Virus record (IMG/VR): IMGVR_UViG_3300048853_000042
Coordinates: 1 to 53,964 of that record
Strand: one strand, 5' to 3'
Source: a virus
Lineage: Duplodnaviria > Caudoviricetes
DNA length: 53,964 bases
In this document: positions 1 through 8,754 of the stretch, piece after piece
Layout: each line of letters starts with the position of its first letter
Numbering within the stretch: position 1 is the stretch's first letter
The notes under the pieces: generated by a model
Seen by the model: only the letters and a program-made list of their open reading frames with translations
Told to the model about the DNA's origin: nothing
Database searches by the model: none
Made by a program: the position numbers and the translations under genes

Positions 1-73
1 CGCAATCCGCTCGTCAGCTGAGCCCGAGCCATCAGGGCGTAGGCCGAACCATTGCTGCATTCCCAGAGAATTT

Positions 74-127
74 GAGGTTTTTGGTGGGTGATCACGGGCT
101 CGAACCGTGGACCCGCTGATTAAGAGT
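74..127. repeat. Left att core: duplicated 3' half of tRNA-Lys
   Basis: GAGGTTTTTGGTGGGTGATCACGGGCTCGAACCGTGGACCCGCTGATTAAGAGT is identical to 53849-53902; identity stops at the anticodon loop. Confidence 0.97.
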
Positions 128-165
128 AATCTATTTTTTTCTGAACAGCCTACAAATCAAGTAAA

Positions 166-231
166 GCGGTTTCCAATGCTCTGCGATAACTACACCTGAT
201 AACGCGGAACGTTTCGTGAATTGGAAACCGC
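166..231. promoter_or_regulatory. Putative integrase arm-type binding sites (TTGGAAACC, inverted pair)
   Basis: GCGGTTTCCAAT at 166-177 and ATTGGAAACCGC at 220-231; the same motif occurs three times at 53771-53800. Confidence 0.6.
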
Positions 232-261
232 AAATCAGGTGTTCTTCGGCTGATCTGCAAC

Positions 262-430
262 AGGAATTTCGAATACCGTTGCGTCGCGGCCTGATGCCCT
301 CAGATGACCACACGGTCTACTCGCTACGGAACAGTTTCCAGACAGGATCGAGAATGCCGGCTGCTCCGACCGCATGCAAGGCCTACCTCATGGGACACGA
401 GTTCGGCCGTCCGCGATACGGGTCTCAGAT
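262..430 (+). pseudogene. Remnant C-terminus of a different tyrosine integrase
   Basis: Frame reads HTVYSLRNSF...YLMGHEFGRPRYG, resembling the box II and catalytic Tyr region; no N-terminus. Confidence 0.6.
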
Positions 431-446
431 CTACCAAGCATTCCGC

Positions 447-650
447 TCAGTTCGGGAATGCGCCGGACTCCTCCAATCCCCGCAGTAGTTGCTGGTACGT
501 CAGCGGTCGATCTCGCATCAGCTCAAGCAACTTCAACGCCGCAGCGATGCCCTCGGGACTTTGCGGGTCCCGTTCGTGCAACGTGCACCAGTCGTGCAAC
601 ACGTCGCGCATGATTACGATGTCTTCCGGTCTGAAACTGCCCTGAAACAT
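447..650 (-). CDS. Small hypothetical protein (rhizobial type)
   Basis: 67-aa ORF with GAGGGGAGAGG RBS and helical pattern. Confidence 0.7.
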   Translation of the reverse strand: MFQGSFRPEDIVIMRDVLHDWCTLHERDPQSPEGIAAALKLLELMRDRPLTYQQLLRGLEESGAFPN

Positions 651-768
651 CGTCGTGCCTCTCCCCTCAGACCATTATTGATTCCTTAAAATCGGGGAGT
701 TCGCAACAGCTTCACGGACCTCTGTACGCCATCGAACACGCCCCCAGGCCACCTTTATAAGCACCTAG

Positions 769-795
769 GGAACCGAGCGGGGTCCCATGCGTTCC
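769..795. promoter_or_regulatory. Bidirectional sigma-EcfG/RpoE2-type promoter
   Basis: GGAAC-N16-CGTT on + overlaps GGAAC-N16-GGTT on -. Confidence 0.7.
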
Positions 796-819
796 CGACC
801 ATAGAGACGGAAAATTCTC

Positions 820-1026
820 ATGGACAATCAAAGATATAGCGTGAAGCGTGAACCGGATGGGACCTGGACAGTATTCGACGTCTTCTCGGGGGAACCAGCC
901 GTCTTAGGCCCCGACAGGCTCTCCTCGCAGCTCAGCCCTGAGGAGGCCCATGAGGTCGTGGGTCTGCTCAACCTGTTGGATGCCCTTAGGCGGGACATCT
1001 TGGAGCCCCCTCCGACGATCCATTAG
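820..1026 (+). CDS. Small hypothetical protein (RY..WTVFD.FSG.PA family), likely stress-induced
   Basis: 68 aa; same family as 5535-5738; EcfG-type promoter upstream. Confidence 0.75.
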   Translation: MDNQRYSVKREPDGTWTVFDVFSGEPAVLGPDRLSSQLSPEEAHEVVGLLNLLDALRRDILEPPPTIH

Positions 1027-1389
1027 GGGGTCTCTGCGTGTTCTCGATATGCTGATATCTCGGGGATGCCCTTCGCCGAGGTGCCGTGAAGCGGCTTCGG
1101 CGAAAGCGCTAAGTGGCACTCAGACGCTGGCGGCGATAGTAGAGGACGAGGCCTAATCAGGAATTCGGCGGCCACTTGCCCCCCTGGAGAGGGGCTAATT
1201 TGCTGGACGCCCTGATACACAAGGCTTTGCGGCTTGTCCAGAAAGGTCAGTTCGGGATTTATTTCAGGAGTCGGTGACTCGGTTTTGCATTTGCCCGCTC
1301 CCCGCCCAACGAGACACAGTCATGACACATTTGTACTGGACTTCAGGTTGTGTTTTTGCTTGAGAGCAATCGCACAACAGGAGACCGGA

Positions 1390-1662
1390 ATGACAGACTC
1401 GGAAATGCGCGCCACCGTCCAAGCCACCTTCATGATGCTCCAGCGGTTGATAGTCGAAGTCGCCGCATCGAAAGGAGAGGAAGGTTTGGATTGGATAGAC
1501 GGTTTCCGGGACAGCCTTACCTCAGAGATGAAGAAGGTCGAGGAACTGCAGAAGCGCCGTGCAGATACTGAGCGCACCGCAACATCACGGATGCTGATCG
1601 AGGGCGTAGCGTTGATGGCGAAGCGCGAGCTTGAGAAGCAACGTTCTTCTTCGATCAGCTAG
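1390..1662 (+). CDS. 90-aa helical hypothetical protein, paralog of 15306-15578
   Basis: AGGAG RBS; 68/90 residues identical to 15306-15578 by manual alignment. Confidence 0.85.
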   Translation: MTDSEMRATVQATFMMLQRLIVEVAASKGEEGLDWIDGFRDSLTSEMKKVEELQKRRADTERTATSRMLIEGVALMAKRELEKQRSSSIS

Positions 1663-1672
1663 ACAGACTGGA

Positions 1673-1981
1673 TTAACGAGCTCCGCCGGTCTTGGTGCCG
1701 CTTTGCGAATTGCCCGCGCCGGGACCGCCCTGTGAAACGCCACCGCCATGGGAGCTGCCGGGGTTCGTTGGATCTGGGCCGTTGCCCCAGCCGTTGTTGC
1801 CTTTAACTTTCCCGCCGCCGCCCCCGCCGCCAGACTTGGCGATTGCATTTGACGTCAGGCTGGTTGAAAGCAGCATTGTTACGGTCGGAGGTGTCACAAT
1901 CGCGAAACGACCGCAATTTTTCAGAAATTCCCGCCGATCATCGTCGCTCTTTGACGGCACTTCGTTTGGCATTTCGGGCAT
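1673..1981 (-). CDS. Gly/Asn-rich small protein with twin-arginine-like or RiPP-leader-like N-terminus
   Basis: DRREFLK...VTPP...LLSTSL leader followed by a GNNGWGNG Gly-rich tail; GGAGAGG RBS. Confidence 0.7.
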   Translation of the reverse strand: MPEMPNEVPSKSDDDRREFLKNCGRFAIVTPPTVTMLLSTSLTSNAIAKSGGGGGGGKVKGNNGWGNGPDPTNPGSSHGGGVSQGGPGAGNSQSGTKTGGAR

Positions 1982-2057
1982 GAACGCCTCTCCCCTACTT
2001 ATCGATGAGACGCGTAAAGTTTGCCACTACAGGATGCCGCTGGATATATATAGTTCT

Positions 2058-2175
2058 CTATAGGAGAGCGAATACCGTCGCATCATCCCCAAGCTCTCTG
2101 ATCCCTTTGAACGAAGCGTGCCGCTGCTTTCCGTCGTCTGTCCAAGAAGCGTCATGTTCAACAACATTGAGACAC
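2058..2175 (-). pseudogene. 3' remnant of a second ATP-dependent DNA ligase
   Basis: Encodes VEHDASWTDDGKQRHASFKGIRE, versus VEYRAWTDDGKLRHASFKGIRE in the intact ligase. Confidence 0.8.
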
Positions 2176-2316
2176 TCTCGCGGGATGCCGCGCCTCGAGC
2201 GCAGACGCATTGCGATGGAGCAGTACCCCCTTTGGGCGGCACCTCTAATCCTTGACTGCGACCCGCGTTGTGAGACCCTAAATCCTCTTGGTTGTACTGC
2301 GTTAGGGAGGTCGAAG

Positions 2317-2484
2317 TTGACCTTTGACAATGACGTTGAGCTGGCGCTCGCTACCGCCTGCGAAGAGCTTGAGATGACGCGACAAGAGATGATCCGCCTG
2401 ATCATGCGCGAATGGCTGGAGCAGTATGGTTTTCTGCCGTTCCGAGAGTTGGAAGAGGGCAGCGAGACGAGGGGGAACGCGTAG
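2317..2484 (+). CDS. Ribbon-helix-helix/CopG-like small DNA-binding protein
   Basis: TTG start after GGGAGG; MTRQEMIRLIMREWLE helix pattern. Confidence 0.65.
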   Translation: MTFDNDVELALATACEELEMTRQEMIRLIMREWLEQYGFLPFRELEEGSETRGNA

Positions 2485-2515
2485 TCCCTTGAGGGGTCGT
2501 AGGCCATTTACTCCA

Positions 2516-3490
2516 TCACTGCATTCGAAAGACCCACGTCTCGTCCGCCCGCTCCCTGATCCCCTTGAACGATGCATGCCGCAGCTTCCCATCGTCGGTC
2601 CAGGCGCGATATTCAACTTCTGCGACGAGCACCGGCTCGGTGAAGACGGCGCCTTTCCTCCGAAGCGACACGGCAGGCGTTTTCGTCGCCATGCCCTCGA
2701 GCAATTTCCGTAGCTCCCGCGAAAGCTCGTTTGACCAGCCGGTACCGCAGCCACCGACGTAGACGAGCTCGCCGTCTTTTCGTGCCGCCAGCAGCAAACG
2801 TCCGAGATGACCAGGCACGGTCGACGGCTCGAAGCCGACGATCACAAAGCTGTCGCGCCGCTTGCAGGTGATCTTCTGCCACCACTCGCCGCGGCCCGAG
2901 CGGTAGGGCTTTTCGACGTGCTTGGCGATGATGCCTTCGAGGCCGTGCTCGCACGCCACGCGAAAGAACTCGTCGCCGTCGGCCTGCACCTCTTCCGAAA
3001 GGCGAACCGCCCCCTCCCGGGCGGCGACAAGCGGCTCCAGCAGCCGCCGGCGTTCGCGCAGCGGCAGGCGGCGCAGATCGCGGCCGTCGAGATAGAGGAG
3101 ATCGAAGGCATAGAAGACGATGCCGCCGGCCTCGACTGCTGACGGCCACCGGCCGAGCGCCCGCTGCAGCATGCCGAAATCGGAGCGGCCCTTGTCGTCG
3201 AGCACGACCGCCTCGCCGTCGAGGATGGCTGTCTTCACCGCAAGGCTCCGCGCATCATCGACGATCGACGGAAACCTGTCGGTCCAGCCATAGCCGCCGC
3301 GCGTCAGTATCCGTACCCGGCCGGGCTCTATGTGCACGGCAATTCGGTACCCGTCCCATTTCACCTCGTAGGCCCAGTCCTGACCCTTCGGCGGCTTGTC
3401 AACGAGCGTCGCGAGGCAAGGGTCGACCCGCGCTGGCATAGGATCAGCAGGAGGGAGATCGCGGGGTTTCTTTGAGGATGCTCTGGCCAT
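2516..3490 (-). CDS. ligD: ATP-dependent DNA ligase (LigD ligase domain only)
   Basis: Motifs EVKWDGYR, LDGE, FDLL, EGIIAK and an OB fold ending LRHASFKGIR. Confidence 0.92.
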   Translation of the reverse strand: MARASSKKPRDLPPADPMPARVDPCLATLVDKPPKGQDWAYEVKWDGYRIAVHIEPGRVRILTRGGYGWTDRFPSIVDDARSLAVKTAILDGEAVVLDDKGRSDFGMLQRALGRWPSAVEAGGIVFYAFDLLYLDGRDLRRLPLRERRRLLEPLVAAREGAVRLSEEVQADGDEFFRVACEHGLEGIIAKHVEKPYRSGRGEWWQKITCKRRDSFVIVGFEPSTVPGHLGRLLLAARKDGELVYVGGCGTGWSNELSRELRKLLEGMATKTPAVSLRRKGAVFTEPVLVAEVEYRAWTDDGKLRHASFKGIRERADETWVFRMQ

Positions 3491-3691
3491 GGAGCATTAA
3501 CGCACAGGAGCGCCAGCCGTCGCATTGCGGTGGGTCGCCGCCTTCTGTTTGCAATTTAGAGGCGACGACCGCTCCGCTTCCTTGCTTCCAAGTTGGGGAA
3601 GCACCCTAGCCCTATCGGCGCGCTGAGACAGCCGCTTTCGATTTCGTGCGGCCTTTTCGATTTATTGCTGTGTTCTCGCCAGAGACCCGCA

Positions 3692-3725
3692 TTGACTACG
3701 GGAAGAATGAGAACATATTAGGAAC
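3692..3725 (+). promoter_or_regulatory. Sigma70-like promoter overlapped by an alphaproteobacterial LexA box
   Basis: TTGACT at 3692; GAAC-atattag-GAAC at 3711-3725. Confidence 0.75.
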
Positions 3726-3788
3726 ATTCGGCGGCGATGCGGCGCGCCAATCCATCAATCAGGGGCGACAACGAGAAAGGCGCGCATC

Positions 3789-4241
3789 ATGCGGACACTT
3801 GAAGATGAGATAGGAACCGCAATTGAAGTTGATCTTGCGGTAATGCCTCCGCACCAAAGGCGTGCCTATGCCGGCCTCGACCAATATCGCCGTCCGGTCG
3901 AGGTGCGCGGCGTCCAGGAACTCGCCAAGGGAATTGCCGAATCCTTCGGGGCCTTTGCCATCTTCGATGTCGAGACGGTGTTGCGGTCTCCGGCGATCGC
4001 GCCATTCGTTACGCAGACGCTCTACGCGATCCCGCTCGAACTGAGGCGGGCCGCCTGCGACCGCGACCGGCTGAAAGCAGAAGGCGCGCGAAAGGAGATG
4101 GCGCGGATAATCTCGTCCGCCCTGCTGGCGCGGTACCATTTCGAGCCTCTGAAGCACGTTAGCGCCTCATGTCATCCGAATTGGGAAAAGGCGTTCGAGC
4201 AGCAGTTTGGCGCCGGCCGAGGAGGAGGATCAAGCGGATGA
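3789..4241 (+). CDS. Hypothetical protein, probably SOS-regulated
   Basis: 150-aa ORF downstream of the LexA box. Confidence 0.75.
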   Translation: MRTLEDEIGTAIEVDLAVMPPHQRRAYAGLDQYRRPVEVRGVQELAKGIAESFGAFAIFDVETVLRSPAIAPFVTQTLYAIPLELRRAACDRDRLKAEGARKEMARIISSALLARYHFEPLKHVSASCHPNWEKAFEQQFGAGRGGGSSG

Positions 4242-4423
4242 GTGACGAACTGGGCGCGAAACCCCACTACGAGACCGGCCCATATGTCCATTACTGCGAG
4301 CATCCCGGCTGCACGAAGTGGGGCAGCTTCGGCTTCGCTGTCGGCCGCGCCGAGCCGAACTGGTTTTGCTTCGAGCACCGGCCCGAGTGGAACTCGCGCC
4401 ATGAGGCACAGCCGCGGCATTGA
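4238..4423 (+). CDS. Small Cys/His (Zn-finger-like) hypothetical protein
   Basis: ATGA overlap and GGAGG RBS; HYCEHPGC...WFCFEH. Confidence 0.7.
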   Translation: MSDELGAKPHYETGPYVHYCEHPGCTKWGSFGFAVGRAEPNWFCFEHRPEWNSRHEAQPRH

Positions 4424-4633
4424 CCTTTCGCGCGCAAGCGACCCCGCCACCAACATCCCGTGGCTCGTGGCGGGGTCTGCTCTAAATTGTTGCTGAAAAG
4501 TTTGCTCGTTACCTTTCATGCTCCAGCGCGCTGCGAGCCATGCAGTATTCGCCAAGTGGCTTTTCCCGTCCAGCAAGACGTCGGGATTAATTCGGAAGGG
4601 CGAAAGCTTGGACGTTTGTTGATTCATGGCCAC

Positions 4634-4805
4634 CTATTTCTTGCCAAGATACTCCATCACCTTGCTCGGCTCGTCCCGGCTTCGCGGATCGCCTCCAACG
4701 CTTCTGTCGCGTCACCTTCGCCGTCCTCATGAGGTAAGCCACCTCGTGCTCCCGTTCTGAAACGAGCTCTCGGTCGCGGCCCTTCTTCTTCGGATTGTCT
4801 GCCAC
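4634..4805 (-). pseudogene. Frameshifted DUF3606-like small stress protein
   Basis: MADNPKKKGRDRELVSEREHEVAYL... needs two frameshifts to reach ALEAIREAG and KVMEYLGKK*. Confidence 0.6.
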
Positions 4806-5534
4806 GCGCTCCTCCATTTATTTACATGAAGGATAGGAGACATTCAGGTCGTGGCAAGGGAGGGAACTTCGCTCCCGGTGGCGTGTTGACCTGCCGAGGA
4901 GACGACATATTCGACAAAGAGAAGAATGAATGCACCCGCTCGATCTCACTGGCATCGTAATTCTTCTTATCGTCATGGCACTATTCGCCTGTGCATGGAT
5001 TTTAATTTAAAGCGACAGCCGCCCTCCTCTGTTTTTTCTTCGGAACCATCCGCGACATTAGTGGTTAGAGGGGCCCGCGTAAGGCGGGCTGCTGACGAAG
5101 AAAATGTGACGTTCTCCAGAACTGCAAGGCAGCACCCTCTTCTAGCTTCAGGGTGCTGCGTTCTTCTCTCATCAATTTAACAGCGCCTTCGGAACCAACC
5201 AGAACAGGCCGAGTTAAACTGCCGTCGGCACTTGTACGAGCGCCGGCGCTTCCTCGATATGTCGATCCCGTCTACCGCATGGACGGGATCGATACCTTTG
5301 GCAGCGCTGACCCGTTTTGGCCGCCAGCAGGCAAAGGAAGCGCTGGTGGCCGGATGGCGACGGCGGCGGAGACGACACTACACGCCCAACGGAATGCTGC
5401 AGCCTTGGAACAAAGTGGCACGAGATGCGTTATCGGTGGCGCCGCCCATTACTGCGGCACCAGGTCGCCAAACCTGTCAGCAATGCCCGTGTCGTCCCCG
5501 CGCGCGGGCATTCGCTTTCCCGCCCTTCAACCGT

Positions 5535-5738
5535 TCACTTTAGCTCGCCGCTTTCGGGCTTGCCTTTTGCTCGTCTGCGCTCGTCTAGCAGATTGAGTAA
5601 ATCGGTGAGATCGTCCGCATCGAAATAATCCAGGCCGGTCTGCGATATGCCCTCCCATCGAGCAGGCCAGCCAGTGAAGCGATCAATCACGCTCCAAAAG
5701 CCGTTGCTGTCGTCATGCAATTCGTATCGCTGGGTCAT
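5535..5738 (-). CDS. Small hypothetical protein, same family as 820-1026
   Basis: RYEL...WSVIDRFTGWPA...DLLNLLD. Confidence 0.7.
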   Translation of the reverse strand: MTQRYELHDDSNGFWSVIDRFTGWPARWEGISQTGLDYFDADDLTDLLNLLDERRRAKGKPESGELK

Positions 5739-6104
5739 ACCGGCAGTTTAGCGCGCCCTTAAACGCTGCGCTACGGCGTCCCTAACATTCGTTCGGCGGT
5801 TCTTCGTCGCCCCCGGCGAGGAAATGGTATGCAAGGCAGCGGGACAACGACGGCGGCAGCCCCGCTCCTCAAGACCGAGAGATGGCCTGACACAAATAGA
5901 ACGTCGCTTGCGCATATTGTACTACCAGCGGAGCCAGCATCAGCCACTTCCTCCCAATTGGTCGGAACCATTTCAGTGATGAACCGTTAGACGCGATCGA
6001 TTGTCAACGTGAGTTCGTGTCGGCTCTTTGGAGCCCTCCAACTGCGGGAGCCGACCTGAGCAGGCAGCACCCCTTACCTCGCCCTTCTCAGGGGTGCTGC
6101 CAAC

Positions 6105-6497
6105 TCACCGCCGCAGCTGCGCGCCGTCCCGTTGGCTGGCCTCGATCCTCTGAAGTATCTCGCGCATCACCCGGGTATCGATGGAAAGGCTGTTGAGCGT
6201 GTTCTCGACGGCCTTCATAGAGGTGGCCGCTTCGGCTGCCTGCTTCTCCACGGCCGATATCCGGAGTTCGTGATTGTCGATCTGCCGGAGCGACACCTCG
6301 GCCGCCGTCAGGCGCTTGTCGAGGCGGTCGATCGAATTGGCCTGCGAGTCCTGATTGGCGTTCACCCGCTCCCATGTCGCGCCCCACGCAATGAGGCCGC
6401 CGGCAAAGCCAAACAGGATCACCAGAGTGTTGAGGTTATATTCAAACCTCCATTTCGGAGTTGCGACCATCTTTTCCGTTTCCTGTGTTTCAGCCAA
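6105..6497 (-). CDS. Lysis-cassette membrane protein (holin-like, one TM plus coiled coil)
   Basis: TM segment NLNTLVILFGFAGGLIAWG; last gene of the lysis cassette; start uncertain (6518, 6497 or 6470). Confidence 0.7.
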   Translation of the reverse strand: MAETQETEKMVATPKWRFEYNLNTLVILFGFAGGLIAWGATWERVNANQDSQANSIDRLDKRLTAAEVSLRQIDNHELRISAVEKQAAEAATSMKAVENTLNSLSIDTRVMREILQRIEASQRDGAQLRR

Positions 6498-6528
6498 AGC
6501 CCTGCCCCTCGTATGCAATGCTGGATGG

Positions 6529-6783
6529 TTACTGCTGCGCCGCGTCGTGGCGAGCGCATTCGCTCTGCGTCCAGGCGCGGGCGCCGCATAGGCCCGCTAC
6601 CGTCTCGTCGATCTTGTCCTGATCGGCCGGCGTTGCGCCGCGAGCTCCTATCAGGGATGTCCCGACGACGGCCCTAGCCGCTTGGTTGAGCCGGTCTTTC
6701 GACGCATTTACCGCTTGAGTTGAGATACACCCGGCCGCGCTCAATGCAGAGGCGACGATTAAAGCGAGCCGCGTCCGCTTCAT
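6529..6783 (-). CDS. Lipoprotein, o-spanin (Rz1-like)
   Basis: Lipobox MKRTRLALIVASALSAAGC; overlaps the 3' end of the upstream gene. Confidence 0.7.
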   Translation of the reverse strand: MKRTRLALIVASALSAAGCISTQAVNASKDRLNQAARAVVGTSLIGARGATPADQDKIDETVAGLCGARAWTQSECARHDAAQQ

Positions 6784-6961
6784 CTCGCAGTTCTCCAATT
6801 GCTTTGTTAGTTGCGGAATCCAGTTCGGCGCGTTCAAGCCTCCGGCCCTCTTCGCGCGCCGCGGGAATGATCCAGAGCGCGTTGACCGTCTGCATGCCGA
6901 AAAAGACGACGACACCGCCGGCAACAGCGCCGGCGGCCGGAGAGAGGCGACTGAGCATCAC
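6674..6961 (-). CDS. i-spanin (Rz-like) inner membrane protein
   Basis: N-terminal TM, coiled coil and C-terminal Cys pair; directly after the endolysin. Confidence 0.65.
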   Translation of the reverse strand: MMLSRLSPAAGAVAGGVVVFFGMQTVNALWIIPAAREEGRRLERAELDSATNKAIGELRDEADAARFNRRLCIERGRVYLNSSGKCVERPAQPSG

Positions 6962-7923
6962 GCCATCCCCTCGACCTGTTTCGCGACGGCCTTCCGATCA
7001 GCGTTCTTGCGCCAGTAGAGAAAGCCGGCAACGCCTCCGAACGCGGCGAGGATCAGGAGGAGGTTCTGCCACGGTATGCCGCCGATCGCAGTCAGCAGCG
7101 AAGCGCCGCCACCAATCACCGACGGGGTGATGACCTCTTTCGATTTCCACCACGGCGCATCGAGGCTGGGAGGCGTGACTGGTACCGGTACCGGCTTCTC
7201 CTCAGTCACCGGCGCCGCCTTCACTTCCGGCCGCGCCGACTCACCCGGAGTGAGCGCCACAAGCGCCGTATGCATCGCAGCGCGGGTTTTCGGACCGACA
7301 TCGCCGTCCACCTGCAGCCGGTGGTCAGCCTGGAACTGAAGGACGTTGTCAGCGCGGTAGCCAAGGAGAACGAGCGAGATGCGGGCGAGCCGGTCGAAGC
7401 GGTCGGCCAAACCGTTCTTGCCGCCATTGATCTTCTTCGTGATGGTTTCGGCGTCGCCCTCGTCGGCCCAGCGGTTTAGGTCGCGCGTGTCCCAATAGAA
7501 CAGAGGCACCAGGCCTTCCCAGGGATCGGTGTTGACCGCGTCCGGATCCTTGACGAAGTCCGGGCAGTCGAGGCCGGCGCGGCACCAGTTGCGGAACTGG
7601 CGATAGTTATCCTTGCCGGTCAGCTGCATTCCGGTGCGGCCGCGGTAGAGATAGCCGTCGCCATCCTTCTCTGGCGTGTTGCCGAGATCGGTCCTGGTGT
7701 CGTAGCGCTGCTGCGCCGGTGTCGGGCCCCAGATTTCGCGATCGTAGCGGAAGTCGCCGCTCTCATGCATGAGCTGGGCGAAATACTGCGCGAGGCGGTG
7801 CGGCCGATCCATGCCGAAGCGATCGCCGTATCTGTCCAGCGCCACGAGCACGGACGCGAGGTTGCTCTCGTTCACTTTGCCCTTTGCGGCAGCGCGAACG
7901 TGCTGAGCGGTGATGGCGCTCAT
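6958..7923 (-). CDS. Endolysin, glycoside hydrolase family 19, with PG-binding domain and C-terminal TM helices
   Basis: AQLMHESG, YRGRTGMQLTGKDNY, ITKKINGG, VDGDVGPKT. Confidence 0.93.
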   Translation of the reverse strand: MSAITAQHVRAAAKGKVNESNLASVLVALDRYGDRFGMDRPHRLAQYFAQLMHESGDFRYDREIWGPTPAQQRYDTRTDLGNTPEKDGDGYLYRGRTGMQLTGKDNYRQFRNWCRAGLDCPDFVKDPDAVNTDPWEGLVPLFYWDTRDLNRWADEGDAETITKKINGGKNGLADRFDRLARISLVLLGYRADNVLQFQADHRLQVDGDVGPKTRAAMHTALVALTPGESARPEVKAAPVTEEKPVPVPVTPPSLDAPWWKSKEVITPSVIGGGASLLTAIGGIPWQNLLLILAAFGGVAGFLYWRKNADRKAVAKQVEGMA

Positions 7924-8304
7924 TCGTTTCTCCTGATTATGAATGTGGGGTTACGACGGAAGGGCTAATGGCGTTGAGCAACCGTCCGGCGCTAAGCTTC
8001 CGTTAGCCGTTCCGACGGCGGACGGGGCGGTTAGAGGCCTGGCGCCTGCCTCCAGCGACGGGCCTCGCCCGAGGAGCGCTTGAAGCAGGGTTCGAACAGC
8101 CGCCCGCATCCCCGAACATGAGTTCGAGAGCGATGGGAAGAGTTTCCCGAGCCGTGTGATCTCCTAGTGATGATTTTTGACTTCACCCTGGAGGCGGTAG
8201 AAGCTCCTCATCTGAGAGGGCGAATGTTTCGCGGAACTTTTTCCTAACGATCTCGGTTCGGCGTCTTCGAAAGAGCTTCGGCGACTGCGTCAGAGAGAAC
8301 CGCT

Positions 8305-8634
8305 ATGAACGAATATTATGGGAGCAGCAGCCATCCCGACGAAGATGAAATGCTGCGGGAGCAAATGAACTCTGGGATCCCCCTGATCCGGGCGGGCCGA
8401 GCACGCCTCCGGCTCGCTCTGCCCCGGCATCGGGACATAATTCTGAGTACCTGGACGCCGGCTTTCCAAAGCCTTTGCAGAACCTACGAGGTCACTGCAT
8501 TGATGGTGGACAAGCTCCGCAAAGAAGTCCCGTGCCGCGAGGAGCTGTTGGCGGAATACGAGCAAATCTGCCACGGCATCGAGGATGATGCGGCCGCGAT
8601 GCTGGACGGAGAGAAGAGCGATCGGTGGCGTTAA
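8305..8634 (+). CDS. Hypothetical moron protein
   Basis: Opposite-strand 109-aa ORF preceded by GGAAC-N17-GGTT at 8233-8258. Confidence 0.7.
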   Translation: MNEYYGSSSHPDEDEMLREQMNSGIPLIRAGRARLRLALPRHRDIILSTWTPAFQSLCRTYEVTALMVDKLRKEVPCREELLAEYEQICHGIEDDAAAMLDGEKSDRWR

Positions 8635-8753
8635 GACGGCCACTCGAACGCCGGCAGTTCTGCAATGAACTCTTCGACGCTCGGCTGAGCGCGTTCGCCG
8701 GCGAGCACCTTCACCAGCTCGACCGTGGAATAGGTCCACACCGCCCATCGCCG
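8631..8753 (-). pseudogene. 3' remnant of a tail-fibre assembly-like gene
   Basis: RRWAVWTYSTVELVKVLAGERAQPSVEEFIAELPAFEWPS* with no start codon, abutting the fibre stop. Confidence 0.65.
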
Positions 8754-8754
8754 C

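Noticed and set aside
1338-1365. SoxR/MerR-type operator upstream of the duplicated moron
   Set aside because: Only the left half-site resembles the SoxR box; no dyad partner and no good -10 at 19 bp
2516-3490. Full NHEJ system
   Set aside because: No Ku and no polymerase or phosphoesterase domains
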